Shown here piece by piece: positions 37,848-52,614 of a stretch of 64,000 nt of DNA. Position 1 is the first letter of the stretch. Each line of letters opens with the position of its first letter. Source of the DNA: Octopus vulgaris. Lineage: Eukaryota. Under the pieces are notes generated by a model. It worked only from the letters and a program-made list of their open reading frames with translations, did no database searches and was not told the DNA's origin. The position numbers were made by a program, and so were the translations under genes. The stretch is from contig OX597821.1 in the NCBI GenBank assembly GCA_951406725.2, positions 2,418,001 through 2,482,000 of the forward strand. Reading direction: 5' to 3'.

Positions 37848-38060
37848 TGGAGTAAGCACATAAATGCGAAACAGGGTGGAAAAAATAGTACTCGAATACC
37901 AGAGATATTGAAAAGCAGCAAAAATATAACAAAAGCTGTTACTCAGTGCTTCACATTCCTGTTCGTTGGACAGTTTGGTTTCAAAAAAACTGTCCGACGA
38001 ACGGGAATGTGAAAATCTGAGTGATATTTTTTTGTAATATTTTTGTTGCTTTTCAATAAA
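37847..38060. mobile_element. Second, more diverged copy of the CCGACGA-HHR inverted element
   Basis: Shares the leader (GAGTAAGCACATAAATGCGAAACAGGGTGGAAAAAATAGTACTCGAATACCAG) and AAAACTGTCCGACGAACGGGAATGTGAAA with 2984-3210. Lies within (TA)n. Confidence 0.75.
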
Positions 38061-38065
38061 TTATA

Positions 38066-38130
<65 letters not shown>

Positions 38131-38320
38131 TACAAAATTAGAGAATGGAGAAACATACTTAAATCAATAAAACATCAACCATCCGATGATACCCAATCAA
38201 TACTTTAATACACCATTACATATGAGTAAAGGCATTATACAAAATGAGATATACAGTAATAGTAAAAAGATAAAGAGATATAAGTAAAAAATTTCAAATA
38301 TAATATGCAATTAAATCAAA

Positions 38321-38430
38321 ATTGACAGCTGTTTCGGCAGTGAGGGCAGTCATACCTCATTTAACCTATAAGCCATAAAGGCAGGTATAAATGAGGCATT
38401 AACAAGGATGCCCCACGGCCTCTTCAGAGA
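38321..38430 (-). ncRNA. Type I hammerhead ribozyme with ~85-nt stem II
   Basis: Minus strand reads CTGAAGA-GGCCGTGGGGCA...ATGCCTCATTTA...TAAATGAGGTAT...TGCCCTCACTGCC-GAAA-CAGCTG-TC. Stem III is palindromic and the triplet is GUC; stem I is weak. Confidence 0.8.
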
Positions 38431-40497
38431 ATTAAATTAAATTTGTTATAATTGTGAAAAATATTATATAATCATATACATATAAATATAAAAATATAAA
38501 AATATAAAATATAAAAACTTATACATCATAATGCTACACTTATATAATATAATACTCATTGGTACAATGAAGGAAGGTAAGCAGAACAAAATAAAACAAA
38601 ATATATATCAGTGTATATATTAATATTAATAAGTACCGATATTATATATATTTGGCTAAAAGTTTTTTTTTTAAAAACTAACACATAGGGAGATGAAAAA
38701 TAATAATTAAAATTAAAACCATGGTTCAGTTCATAAAATTCTAAAGTTATAAAAAATTAATAAAATTACTATTAATATTAATAATAATAATAATAATAAT
38801 AGATACAGTTAAGTTTGCACCAAGTCCATCCTTTCAAGATCGAAATAACTATGAGTTTAGAAATGCTGACCACTAGGTAAAGAAAATTTAGATTAATTCG
38901 ATTGGCTATTGGTTTGAAATTTAAAACACAAAAGAAAATTATACGGTTGGTTAGTCAAGGAACGCCAATATTCACACACGCATCTACAGATCAATCGCAC
39001 ATACACACATAGTTATATGTATATACATACACTTATACACATACATAATCACAAGCAACAACTAGCACATAGATAACCAAAAAGGGAAGCAACTATGCTA
39101 CCATTTAGTCCTTCAAAATTATAACTGTGCTTCAAATAACGAAAAAGAACCACCCATGCATTACATAAAATATTTAATTTAGATATAAATATATTTTTAA
39201 ATATCAGTATGTTACTAAGTCAGATAATTATTTCATGGGTAACTTAAAATTTATAACACCGGTTGGTTGCAAAGTAAACATACGGTTGATAGATTCATCG
39301 TAAGTTTGTTATGATTCCAAGTACGCTAAATTATAAAATATAAAATATATATTAATTTATATATATTTATATATTATAAATAAATCACTTATTTACTTAA
39401 TAAATTTAATGCCATAATATACCAGTTTAGGTATTAAAAAATAGAAGGGGAAGTACTAATGTAAACGCTTATGAGAACATCACAGAAATTTTTAAAAATT
39501 TATATTATAAATACTTAAGATAAAATGTGATAAAATAAATAAGAAGGAATAAACACGAAGGAATAAATACGGTTATACACATATTATAAGTACAAACCAG
39601 TATATATGTATTCATATATTATTAAAATTAAATAAAAATAAAAGATAGATATGTATGTATAAAACTACCCTAGTATAAGTAAATAAGTAAAAAATAAATA
39701 GATAACAAATTGGATGACTTGATATGTATGTAAACATCTACACTTAAATAGGCAAATAAATAAATATATAATTAGAAGACTAAATGCAGAGATTGATAAC
39801 ATTACAATAAAATAAAAAATAAATAAAGTGAATATATATGTTATATTGTTGAAAGTAAATATGTATGGAAGGGTAATTTAAAGTACAGATCCAGAGGACT
39901 ATAGATATAAACTAAATATATGAGGCTGGTAATATTTATAAAGCCAAATGTATGTAAAAGAAAAAATGAAAAAAATGAAAAAGGTTTATTAGTAAATAGC
40001 ATAAGATACAAATTAAGGTGAGTACAAAGAAAGACCAAATATACAATAAAAACCTTCCAAATAAACACATACAAAAAACCTATATTCTCAACCTAAACAC
40101 ACCAAACTCATAAAAGGCTCTCATATATTACATATTATACAATACAATATCATTACATTATCTAGAGCTAGGTATCTAACCAAGATATACATATATACTA
40201 TGCAATATACTATGCAATATTAGAAAACTTCAAAAATCACATATTACAAGGCAAATACCAAACTGAATATGTTATTTCATGTTATATTGCATTTCCCTTA
40301 AAAAACAAACAAAAACCCACATACAAAAACAAGAAACAAATAATACTAGACACATCTATTATTATTATACAAATGTAGCTATAAAAATTATAAAATTATA
40401 AATTTATAAGTTGTATACTTTAGAATTATAGAAGACCACAGGTGTAGTTAGTTAAAGAAGGGAGTTAAAAAATTAATAATAGTGGAAGTGCTAAGTT

Positions 40498-41332
40498 CTA
40501 TTTGAATCTAGAAAAGGTGAACGGTAGCCTATGAATGCAAAAGAAGTTTTTTTCATTAATGTTGTTAATAATTTGCCGACCCGCTTTAATAATGAAAAAA
40601 ATTTCATTAATACATAGAGAGCATTTTTTATTTTTTCCATTATACACAGGTGCTGAAGTTAGTATTTTCCAGTTTAATCTAAAATCTAAGTTCTTACTTT
40701 TAAGTTCCCAAATGTATGCACTTAGCCCTGTGGAGTACATTCTATTTTTATTTCTAAAAGTATATCTGTGATAATTCAATCTTTGTTTTATGCTATTCAT
40801 AGTTGCCCCGATATACACCCTACTACTCAATTGTGTATCTACAGTGCATTGGTAAACTACCTCCTTCCTGAGGCATTGATTACCAAATACACATTTATTT
40901 TTGTTTCTGAAATTACAAAGATTAACAGAATGAGGAAATCTAAGATTGGTCTCCACCCCTATACTACCATTCACATTATAAGTGTTACAATTGTTATCAT
41001 CATCCACACCCAAAATCAACGAATGAGTTAATTTCACATTGTCGGCTATATTCCTATCACTAGTACTAGTATTGGTAGTAGAAGTATGATCTATTACATT
41101 TATATTATCTCTGACAGGTACGGTGCACTCATTATTAGTAAGGGGGTTGTTCACATTCGTTCCAAGAAAGTTTCTGTTCCTATTATTATTAAAGAGGGGC
41201 AAATTTCCCTGGTCTAAATTCAATTTTCTATCCTTATAGAAGTGATCCAGTTTCCTGTTATTAAAAGAGGAGATAATGGTGGCTAGATTATGAGTAATGC
41301 TATATCCCACTCTAACAGTACCGTTGTTAATT
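40498..41332 (-). CDS. PLE GIY-YIG endonuclease domain (5'-truncated)
   Basis: INNGTVRVGYSITHNLATIISSFNNRKL...LCNFRNKNKCVFGNQCLRKEVVYQCTV...RVYIGATMNSIKQRLNYHRYTF...GLSAYIWELK...CSLCINE...CIHR. Clearly homologous to the 4000-5307 ORF. The first residues in the track (MPHGL) come from the inverted repeat. Confidence 0.88.
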
Positions 41333-41630
41333 AAGAGGCCGTGGGGCATCCTTGTTAATGCCTCATTTATACCTGCCTTTATGGCTTATAGGTTAAATGA
41401 GGTATGACTGCCCTCACTGCCGAAACAGCTGTCAATTTTGATTTAATTGCATATTATATTTGAAATTTTTTACTTATATCTCTTTATCTTTTTACTATTA
41501 CTGTATATCTCATTTTGTATAATGCCTTTACTCATATGTAATGGTGTATTAAAGTATTGATTGGGTATCATCGGATGGTTGATGTTTTATTGATTTAAGT
41601 ATGTTTCTCCATTCTCTAATTTTGTAGTAT
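41333..41630 (+). repeat. Inverted copy of the PLE 3' end (partner 38127-38424)
   Basis: Apparently identical reverse complement over 298 bp. It begins inside the HHR core (only AAGA of CTGAAGA is kept). Confidence 0.95.
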
Positions 41631-41800
41631 TAATTTACGGTAATATTATTACCTTTACCCATATAATACAATAGATGAACTGATTGTTTGACAATTTTTA
41701 ACATCTATGTATTAATCTTGTTGGGTACCTATCTGGCAGTATATTGGATATATATTATCCCATGGTGGGTTGAATTTTCAACCCCTATCTCATTTTATAA

Positions 41801-41873
<73 letters not shown>

Positions 41874-42879
41874 TTGTGTATTTGTGTGTGTGTTTGACTG
41901 TGTGTGTGTCTGTGTGTGTGTCAAATTCTCATATTGCGAGCATAAGACGTCTTACTACTTCGTCAAAAATGATTGATTAAACCACAGAGAATGCATGATG
42001 TAATAAATGTCGAAGCAAAAGATCGTAATGTAAATGAACTACATCAATTCCGAACGAAAATATAACACGCAAACGCGCGCACGCACAGGGATACCCACAC
42101 ACGGACAAACCCGGACACACCCGCACAAACAAGCGCACACATATCTATCTTGAAAGAACTGAGTGGAACTTTCCTCAGTATCTCACAAGAAGCAAAGGGT
42201 TTGCATTTTCAAGCCTGGGAAACAATCAAATTACCGTAGCTACACTTTCAACTATTAAGTCATTTTATAATCACTTTATGCACCTCTATTACCAGTTGAG
42301 CACTTAATTTAATTACCAGCTCATCAGGCAAGTAACCTTATTGCTTCGTATTTGAAATAGCCGTTAATTTGGATTAGTCACCATTATTGTAATATATAGT
42401 CATTTAAAGCAGTGGAATGAAAGCTGGAGAACGTGAGGTTTTCAATTCAATAAGTAAGCCCAAGTAGGTTCATTATCATCATTTAATATTCAGCTTGCGT
42501 CAAGCGTTAATGCAGAAAATCATGATTAGCTGTGCAACTAATGTCGGTCTGGTTTACAAAAAGACATTTTAACAAGTGTTATATTTCGAAATCGACGCCG
42601 TCTTGGCAATTTTATTTATCATTGTTGCAACTACATACATGCGCACATATATACGACCTCACATACACACAGACACATAGTCACAAACACACACATACAC
42701 ACATGCACGAACAGGTGCAAGTATTTGGCTTTGAATTGCTTTTCAAGATTCTCGGTGTGAACACGTGAACTCTTGTGTTTAACCATATTTTGTTGTATCT
42801 TACGAGCGTCGGTGAAATATAAACTGCTTGTGTTAATTATTAGCATAGTAACTCTTCCGGAATACAGTTATCTGGGCGC

Positions 42880-42933
<54 letters not shown>

Positions 42934-43055
42934 GCATATATATATATATGTATATCTTGACTATTGAGTAATTGTAACATTATTTTATATATAAATTTCC
43001 TCTATTTACATTATATTGAGGTATCTTTCTTTCTTTTGTTATCTTACCGTTTTTA

Positions 43056-43133
<78 letters not shown>

Positions 43134-43188
43134 CATATATATATATACAATATATATATATATATACATACATACATACATATATGTA

Positions 43189-44038
43189 CAGGATGCGGTA
43201 AATACATTGTCGTGTGAATTACGCAAAAAGGAAAATATCACTGGCATCTCATATTAGCAGCTACATTTCCCAAACTTACATAAAAATATCTTGAATTACT
43301 AAAGAATAAATTTGTTCAATAACTTTGCCATTAGCTTGAACCACGGCCTCCAGACGACTTTGGAATCTCTTGCAACACTTAGAGACGGTCTCCTTGTTGA
43401 AGATGATAAATGTTGCTATAATCCTTGCATTCAGTTCAGTGTTACAAGGAGTTTTGTTGGTCTCTCGCTCAACTGTGCCCCACGCATAATAATCAAGTGG
43501 GTTGCAGTCCTAGGAGTTAAGTGGCCATGAGTAAGTTCTACTTGTGCATCATGATGCAGAGTCCTGTTGCCAGACAAATGATGTTCCAGTAGCCACCCTC
43601 TTCACCTAGGGCAGGACTACCTCCCCCAGGCACTTGTGTTGAGTTTGAGGCCTTGTGGAAAGATGTATGGCAGTATAACCTCGCCATCAATATTGATCAC
43701 TCGAAATGGTATGAAGGTGACTGGATATTCGAATTTTATCACTCTCCATACATCACCAGACTGCACTGTCCTCGGTACATCATCAGATTGCACTGTCTTT
43801 AGCTTGACATCCAAACACTCTGACACGTTCATACTGGAGCTGCCCGTGCGAATGCTAATCAGTACAGCAAGTCTTTTCCAAATTTCTAGCAGACTGAATT
43901 CAGTCATGGAGCCGTTTTTCTCACAGACAGTGCCTAACTGATCCTACAATACTGTGTAGTCGACAAAATCAAAAACAAATAACGCGGATGCGCGAAATTT
44001 AAAATATAAAATGGCGACAACTTACGTATTAAACACTG
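43189..44038 (-). mobile_element. Degenerate Tc1/mariner element, maT/DD37D-like
   Basis: TA|CAGGATG...CACTG|TA ends. Minus-strand fragments read FVWQQDSA, WPLNS*DCNPLDYYAWGTVERETNKTPCN and RFQSRLEAVVQANG. Confidence 0.75.
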
Positions 44039-44103
44039 TATTCGTTTATTCTTTATTCTTTCAAATGTTTCAACCCTGAGGCTGGGCCACCTCCAGTGTA
44101 CTG

Positions 44104-44134
<31 letters not shown>

Positions 44135-45706
44135 GTATAGAGAGAGAGGGGGAGAGAGAGTGTGTGTGTGAGAGAGAGAGAATGTGAGAGAGAGCGCGAA
44201 AAACAGATATACAAGCATAAGTATAACAGCTACCGACATGTACACAGAATCTCACCCACAAACACACACACGCATTATATAGGTATAAAGCTTGTGAATA
44301 AATTTGGTAGACGGAAACTGAAGGAAGCCCGTCGTATATGTATATATGTATATGTATGCGTGTGTATAGATTTCAAATCTTGGCACAAGGCCAGCAATTT
44401 TAGTGCAGAGGTGAAATCGAATACATCTGCTACTTTATTTATCGACTCAGAAGAAATGGAAGGTGGAATCGAACTTTGCGGAATTTGAATTCAAGATGTG
44501 GAGACTGACAAAATACCGCGAAGCATATCGGGTGTTGTGCTTACGATTCTGCCTCCTCGCCACCTTTCGAATTCAGTAAATACTTTATGTAATATATATT
44601 ATAATATGCGTACTGGTTTACTTATTCACTTGGTGTGTATTTCATGTTGTATGAGACCACCATATTTCACACACATGCGCACATTAAATCTGCATACGTA
44701 TTGAAACACATGCGCGCACACACACCAACGCATGCATTCACTCATGGATGTAATCATACCTATATATTCGTCTATATGTCTCCGTGCGTGTTCATATTTA
44801 TGTAGACATATATATCTTTCTGAGATATGCATGTGTAAAAAATATAAACCTGGAAAACCTGTATTCCGGTAATAACAACTACCAGATTATCATATCGCTA
44901 TATTTGTTCTGGAGTTTACACACAATTCCTTGAGACTCTCATCTCGGCATTATAAACATAATGAACCACTGTTCGGGTTTTTGAAATATAATAGGTTTTA
45001 AGACCATTGCACACACAACTGTGCTGTAAAACACAGAAAAAATGCTTGAACGACACAGAAATTGCTTCAAGAGCAACTCTGCTTATATTTAGAATATAAT
45101 AAGGCTCTGCCAGTGATGAAAGTTAATATATTTTCAAAAAAACACCGAAATGGATATTTTACTTTGAAATAACAAGACAGATTAAATAACCCTAAACTAA
45201 AAATTTAGCAACCTTGATATTGCTACATTATCCAGTTATTGTTCGCCTTCTAGAATACTAGTTTGTATTAGCATTGCCATTGTCATCAAGAAAGCTACAC
45301 AGATCTTATATAATATAAAGACAAGTTTTTTAGATAGCCATCCCCAATAGGTTTATATAGTCAATCTGAAAGAAATGCTCAGAAAAACGAATCCTTCTTC
45401 ACAACCGTTATCGCAAAAGAATGTGGATGTATATGATCGTACAATGCATAATCTCAGTATATCTAAGTGAAATATTTTATTAGTGTGAATGCAGAATGAT
45501 TGAACAAATAACGAGCAATAAGAATTCATGAACATATTTTTTCGACTATAAAGCTGTAAAGACATTGGGATTGTGAATGGATTGATCTACGGTTTAAGGC
45601 CTTTAGACACTGCTTTGGAACAATATCTAATCTATAGCAACTACGTAACAGATTCAACATAATTCAGTCAGGGAGACGAGTTTTTATACATGTATATAAA
45701 TGTATG

Positions 45707-45748
<42 letters not shown>

Positions 45749-45750
45749 TG

Positions 45751-46299
<549 letters not shown>

Positions 46300-46554
46300 T
46301 GTGTGTATACATATAGTTAAAGAAAACAGAAAATGGAGAAATATTGATGAACTAAAATTGACTTACATCAATTATTATTTATTAGTACAGTACAAACGGA
46401 CTGTATCCGATCTAACAGCTCTTTGTGTATATGTTCATATGGATATTTTCTCCTTTATATTCTTAGTTAACAAGATTTTCTTAGCTTTGGCATTATTTTC
46501 AATCTAGCAACACTATTATCAAGTAACATAATAAAAGATTTATCAGATAGCCAT

Positions 46555-46759
46555 CTGCGTTACGTTTATACGTGTGAGTATGTGTGTGAATGTAAGTATG
46601 TGTGTGTGTGTGGGCGTGTATGTATGTGTGTGTGATTGTATGTTAATATCGAGGAACGAAAATGAATTGAAAGGCTGCAATGGTTTTCATGCAAAGAGAT
46701 CTGGGAACGGTCATTGAAATATATATGTTATGGACGAGGAAAATCTTATATACAACTGC
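46555..46759. repeat. Left arm of a long-range inverted duplication (partner 52615-52793)
   Basis: About 180-200 bp of mostly non-repetitive sequence, present in reverse complement 5.9 kb away. Confidence 0.9.
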
Positions 46760-47149
46760 AGCGCCCCAAAATTACTGTTGGACTTTGTAATCTTATCAGG
46801 CGCGTCTATAGCAATTAGAAAATAAAATAAAGACACTCCACGCGTCAGGCGCGATAATGAATTGAATTGAATGTTGATTTCCTATCAAGATTGAAAATAG
46901 ACATCAAAGGCTCATATAATATATTAGTCAATTAGAGTAGGTAACTTAGCATATGGCATTGTACTTACATATAACTGCACATGTCACAATGTGTTACTTG
47001 TTAAGAAAAGGTTTTTGCAAAACGGATACATGTATGCTAGTATCCTTGTATGAATATAAGGGATTAAGTATTTATATATATATATAATTAATTAATAAGG
47101 GTGAGAGAATTAGATACTAATTTAATAGTATATTTATTCAACACCAATA

Positions 47150-47184
<35 letters not shown>

Positions 47185-47419
47185 TGATAATTAGTGGTAT
47201 CTTTATATATTAATATATTTTATATGTAAATTATAATATGTCATACATGTATGTATATTCTTGTGGTTGTCATCTTATCAAATAAATAAATAAGTTGAGA
47301 TAATATATATAAAAGTTGATCAACCACCTATTGATCCCCTCCATTTTCTTATAGCTCTCTCTCTCCCTCTCTCTCCCCCTCTCTGCCTGTCTGTCTGTCT
47401 GTCTCACTCTCTCTCTCTG

Positions 47420-47450
<31 letters not shown>

Positions 47451-47470
47451 GATATATATGTCAGATATAA

Positions 47471-47830
47471 GGCGCAGGAGTGGCTGTGTGGTAAGTAGCT
47501 TGCTTACTAACTACATGTTCCCAGATTCAGTCCCACTGCGTGGCCGACCAAAGCTTGTGAATAAATTTGGTAGACGGAAACTGAAGGAAGCCCGTCGTAT
47601 ATGTATATATGTATATGTATGCGTGTGTATATGTTTGTGTGCCTGTGTTTGTCTCCCCAACATTGCTTGACAACTGAAGCTGGTGTGTTTACGTCAACGT
47701 AACTTTGTGGTTCGACAAAAGGAACCGTTAGAATAAGTATTAGGCATACAAAGAATGAGTCCTGGGGTCGATTCGTTCGACTAAAGGCGGTGCTACAGCA
47801 TGGCCGCAGTCAAATGACTGAAACAAGTAA
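47471..47830 (+). mobile_element. SINE family A
   Basis: GGCGCAGGAGTGGCTGTGTGGTAAGTAGCTTGC...CAAATGACTGAAACAAGTAAAA. Confidence 0.85.
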
Positions 47831-47930
47831 AATAATATAGAGCATATGTGTTATATTGTGTCTTCTATGTTTCTCTATGCATGCCCGTCCGTGTCTAAAC
47901 GTCTCTACCCATACATACATACATACATGC

Positions 47931-47968
<38 letters not shown>

Positions 47969-48902
47969 ATGCGTGTGTTTGTGTGTGCAAAGTTAGGGTG
48001 TAACCAGTAAATATTAGTCGGTTGTGAAGCTGTGTGCTTGCTTTATTAGAAACATACATTATAACATCTCTTTCTACAGCTCGTTTATATGGAGGCGTCT
48101 CCAAAAATCTTAACATGTTTAAACCACATCAGAATATAAAATAATAATAATTAGAAATAAAAAAAAATGATAGTGGACCAAGAAATTTATAGTCAAAGAT
48201 GGAGGAATTTTAAAAAAGATTCTGGTTCGTAAAAACGTAGGCAATAAACGAGTGCTGTCGTCTAATTTTATTAGAACTTGTCAGATATCAACACACCTGA
48301 GAATCTATATCGTTCATAATTTTCAGATGCTGTGGATTAATACAATTTACGATCAGAATTTATTTTGCGCATTCATGACTCTGAACACATGGTTTTGAAT
48401 GTCAAATCTATACTGCCTGTGTTGATGATAACACAAAAATTGGATGCAGGCCACTAAACTGCAGCCTTGCCTTGAAGAAAGCATGCATGCTTATAAACGT
48501 GCTTGTATACATTATACTCAAGATTTTGCATACATATTCAGTCCAGTATAACCAGGGATGATAGACATATTTAGTAATATTTTGCCTTCTTTTATGTCAG
48601 GTAACCATATAAAATTTCATTCGATACTCATTTCGTTTGCCCTTGCTTAAATATTTTTAACACACACTATCTTTATTTTGCTCTGTATGTATGCATGTTT
48701 CTATGAATGTATGATGAATATCTTTATATACAGGTATGTGTATGTATGTGTAAACACAGAAACACTCAAACACACACACACAGATATACATATATACATA
48801 TATAGATACATATATACTTATATGTATATATACGTACATCTGCCTGCCTACCTACCTACCTACCTACCTACCTACCTACCTACCTACCTACCTACCTATC
48901 TA

Positions 48903-48938
<36 letters not shown>

Positions 48939-50667
48939 CATGCATGCATACATACATACATAAGAAGCAACATATATTATATGTGTATACAGGATAAGCA
49001 TAAAATATATGGTGAATGTTTATACAGGTGTAACGTACCATTAACAATTAAATTTGCTGCTTTATATAGAAAATGATTTTCAAAAATTCAGTATGTTAAA
49101 CATGGTCTTACGTCAAGAATGGTTATTCGAAGATACTAAGAAAACTAGCTGTAGAGCAAAAACATAATCACCCCCTACAAATATAACGGTTTCAACACCC
49201 TCGAGAAGGCACAAACCATATATGAGTGTAAGGTACATGATCCAACTGCAGCTTAAATATATAATAAATGAAAGGATGGTTTGGTCGACTTGCTAATGAA
49301 ACAGAATAAAAGGTAACATGTATGTTTAATAGAATATACCATGACAAGTCTGCTTTATTCTATATCACGAAATAAATCACTAGAATTTAAAATCTTTTCA
49401 TCAGCACAAAGCCACAGACATTTCCAGTCACAGAAAGTACTTCAGACAACCAATGTAATTCTATATTCCATTGTGAACATGAAGTTCTAAACCACGGAAC
49501 GCAATCTGTTACATCCGACACATAAACGCGCAATTTGTCGAGATATGACCATATATTTGTAACAATGAGTCATTGCAAGCACATTGTAGTAGAGGGAAAA
49601 TAATAGAATGATAACTCTGCCATCTTAAATATAATTATGTCAATATATTGGATTAGTTTTAGTAGCTTCACTAATAACAAAGTACTGACAAAAATTTAAT
49701 ACAAAGATAAACCACACAGCTAATGAATATGAAACAGTTACTGGTTCTTCAAAGTAAATTGGAGATGAGAAGATAACAATTAAGCATAAAATAATTAAAT
49801 TCTGTGATGATGGCTCCATTAGTTATAGCGACGACATTTGCTATGTAGTTCAGTGTTGTTTTTGTACCCACTTATTTTTGTATTCACTTCCATATTGTTA
49901 TGCATGGGAAAAGTGTTATATTTCATAAAATGCGATTTACGAACAATATTTTGACGAAAATTGAGAAAGGCAGAAACCGTGTGGAAGGCTTTTGGAGTCG
50001 AGGTAAATTATTCCACTTCCAATTTTATAAATATACTTCGTATCTTAATTAAACACCGGTATCGATTTACATAACAGGTGGATCTATCTAGAAAAAGCAT
50101 CTAACTATAAATTCCCTATTTGATTTCACAAGAATCTAAAAACCAGTAAGATATCAAAGGAGTAAGGATCTCTTTCTTTTCTGATCGAAATACAAAGAAA
50201 ATGTTCCTATAATTCCTGTAACCAGCAAAAAAAAAAAAAAACAGTACTAACATCAACTGCATTCATAAGATGAGATTCAAAATATATGTAAACATTCATA
50301 GATTTGGGAACATTATTCTTACAAAGTAAACAGAGAAAAGCTATATAGGAAATCAATGAAAAATAGATTAAACTCCAATAGTTAAATCTTCATTATAACG
50401 TGTTTGAAAGAAAAGTTATTTCGCATGCAGTCCCCGATACATATGTGTGTTTATGCGCACATAAATATATGACTATGTATGTTTATATGTATGCCTCTAT
50501 GTATCTTTATACATATGCATATATACATACTTAAATACACACATACACACACACACACACTTGCATGTATTCATGTATATATATACATGTGTATATTTAT
50601 ATATATATATATATATTTATATATATAATATAAACAAAGGCAAATAAAGGGATGTATGTACTTAAGT

Positions 50668-50698
<31 letters not shown>

Positions 50699-51618
50699 GT
50701 ACATGTGTTTGAATCTTTGTGTGCGAGTGCGCATGTATATGTATGCATTTGTCCATATATAAGTATATATATTATGTATATATATACATATAAATATAGA
50801 TGCACATATTTACATACATACATATATGTATATATACATATACATACATGCATACATGCATACATGCATACATACATACATACATACATACATGCATACA
50901 TATATACATATATATATATATATCGATGTAGATTTAAGTTCTATATAACAGTTCTATTTTTAATAAGCCAGGAGTCCCAGATTGTCAGCCTGGTTTTCTC
51001 TCACATCTCCATGAACCAGTCAACAAAAGCAGTTTTTATGGTCATCGACTGCTCTCACTGGCCTAATAACCAATAGATAAACATAATTCAAGTTGATTTA
51101 TTGCTTTATTCTCACGTGTTATCCTTCTCAGCCTCTCTTTGTCCTCACTGTATTTATACAGTTGTATTCCATAAAAATCTATCTGGCACATTCGATAACA
51201 ATATTAAACAAAAACAACAAATGTAACAATTGGAACAGCAACAACCGGAGTACAACAAGTATAATAAGAATTATAATAATAATGATAAAAATACATAAGA
51301 ATGATAAAAACGATTATGATAATGATGATGATGATGATGATAATAATAATAATCATAATAATAATAATAATAATAATGGTGATGATGATGATAACAATAA
51401 TACCAACATCAACTACAATAACAATCGTGTAACATCGATCTGGTGTTGCTTACTTAGCTCTTTAGTGAGTATCGCTTTACTTATACACTCCATGCATTGA
51501 TTTTTGTTTTTGTTTGCTTTCCTTCTTATTTTAATTTATTTACTTATTTATTTGTTTTACTTTCCGCTTTGCAGGCAGGTGAATAAACTGTGTAACATGT
51601 GAGTCTACGTAGATACAG

Positions 51619-51671
<53 letters not shown>

Positions 51672-51764
51672 GTATGTATATCCACTACGAAAAAAAATAT
51701 ATATATATATATTTGCATATATGTATACATACGCATACAAACACATATATATATGTATATATAT

Positions 51765-51824
<60 letters not shown>

Positions 51825-51848
51825 TTATTTATCTATACACAATATATA

Positions 51849-52175
51849 GCGACGCAGGAGTGGTGAAGTGGTAAGTAGCTTGCTTACCAATCACTGGCTT
51901 CCGGGTTCAGTGCCACTGCGTGGCACCTCGAACAAGCGTCTTCCAGTATATTCTCAGGTTAACCAACGTTTTGTGAGTAGATTTGGTGGACGGAAACTGA
52001 AAGAATCCCACCATATATGTATATGCGCATATGTATCTGTATATGTTTGACTGTTGGTGTGTTTACATCCCCGCAACGTAGTATTTCGGCAAATGACACC
52101 TATTTCTTCGACTTCAGGTGGTGCTCCAGTATGGCCGCAGTCAAATGACTGAAACAAATAAAAGAATAAAAGAAT
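51849..52175 (+). mobile_element. SINE family A
   Basis: GACGCAGGAGTGGTGAAGTGGTAAGTAGCTTGC...GACTGAAACAAATAAAAGAATAAAAGAA. Confidence 0.8.
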
Positions 52176-52614
52176 ATATGTGTGTGTGTGTGCTTTTGTT
52201 AGTGTGTGTCTGTGCCCGTGTCAGTATGTGTGAGTGCATGTGTTAATGTGGCCCGTGTGCTTGCGTGTTTGCGTGTTTATCATGTTACATCTGATCACGG
52301 ATTTCAGGCACTCATATAGACGTAAGGTTGCTGCTGGTTACATACATTTCTGCTAACTTTTCCGTGTCTCATTCTGAAGGCCGTAACACCTCTCACATTT
52401 ATAATGTGGAACTAACAGCATCAAAGGATGATTGTAAAATAATTGAAAATATTAAATAATAAATGGAGATAATTTTTCACAAACACCTCTGAGAGATTCG
52501 TTGTGTCCCAGTGATATCTGTACGTTATTTTGTTTGAGATTTCTTCGTCGAATATGTAATAATGCATAACGTGCAGGTAGTTTCAAACATGAAGATATCT
52601 ATATGCTCTATCAG

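Larger units (their letters stand above)
38127..41802 (-). mobile_element. 5'-truncated Penelope-like retroelement with inverted pseudo-LTR, inserted in (TA)n
   Basis: GIY-YIG ORF at 40498-41332, ~2-kb AT-rich 3' region and HHR at 38321-38430. A 298-bp inverted copy of the 3' end is present (38127-38424 vs 41333-41630), with (TA)n on both sides. Confidence 0.9.
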
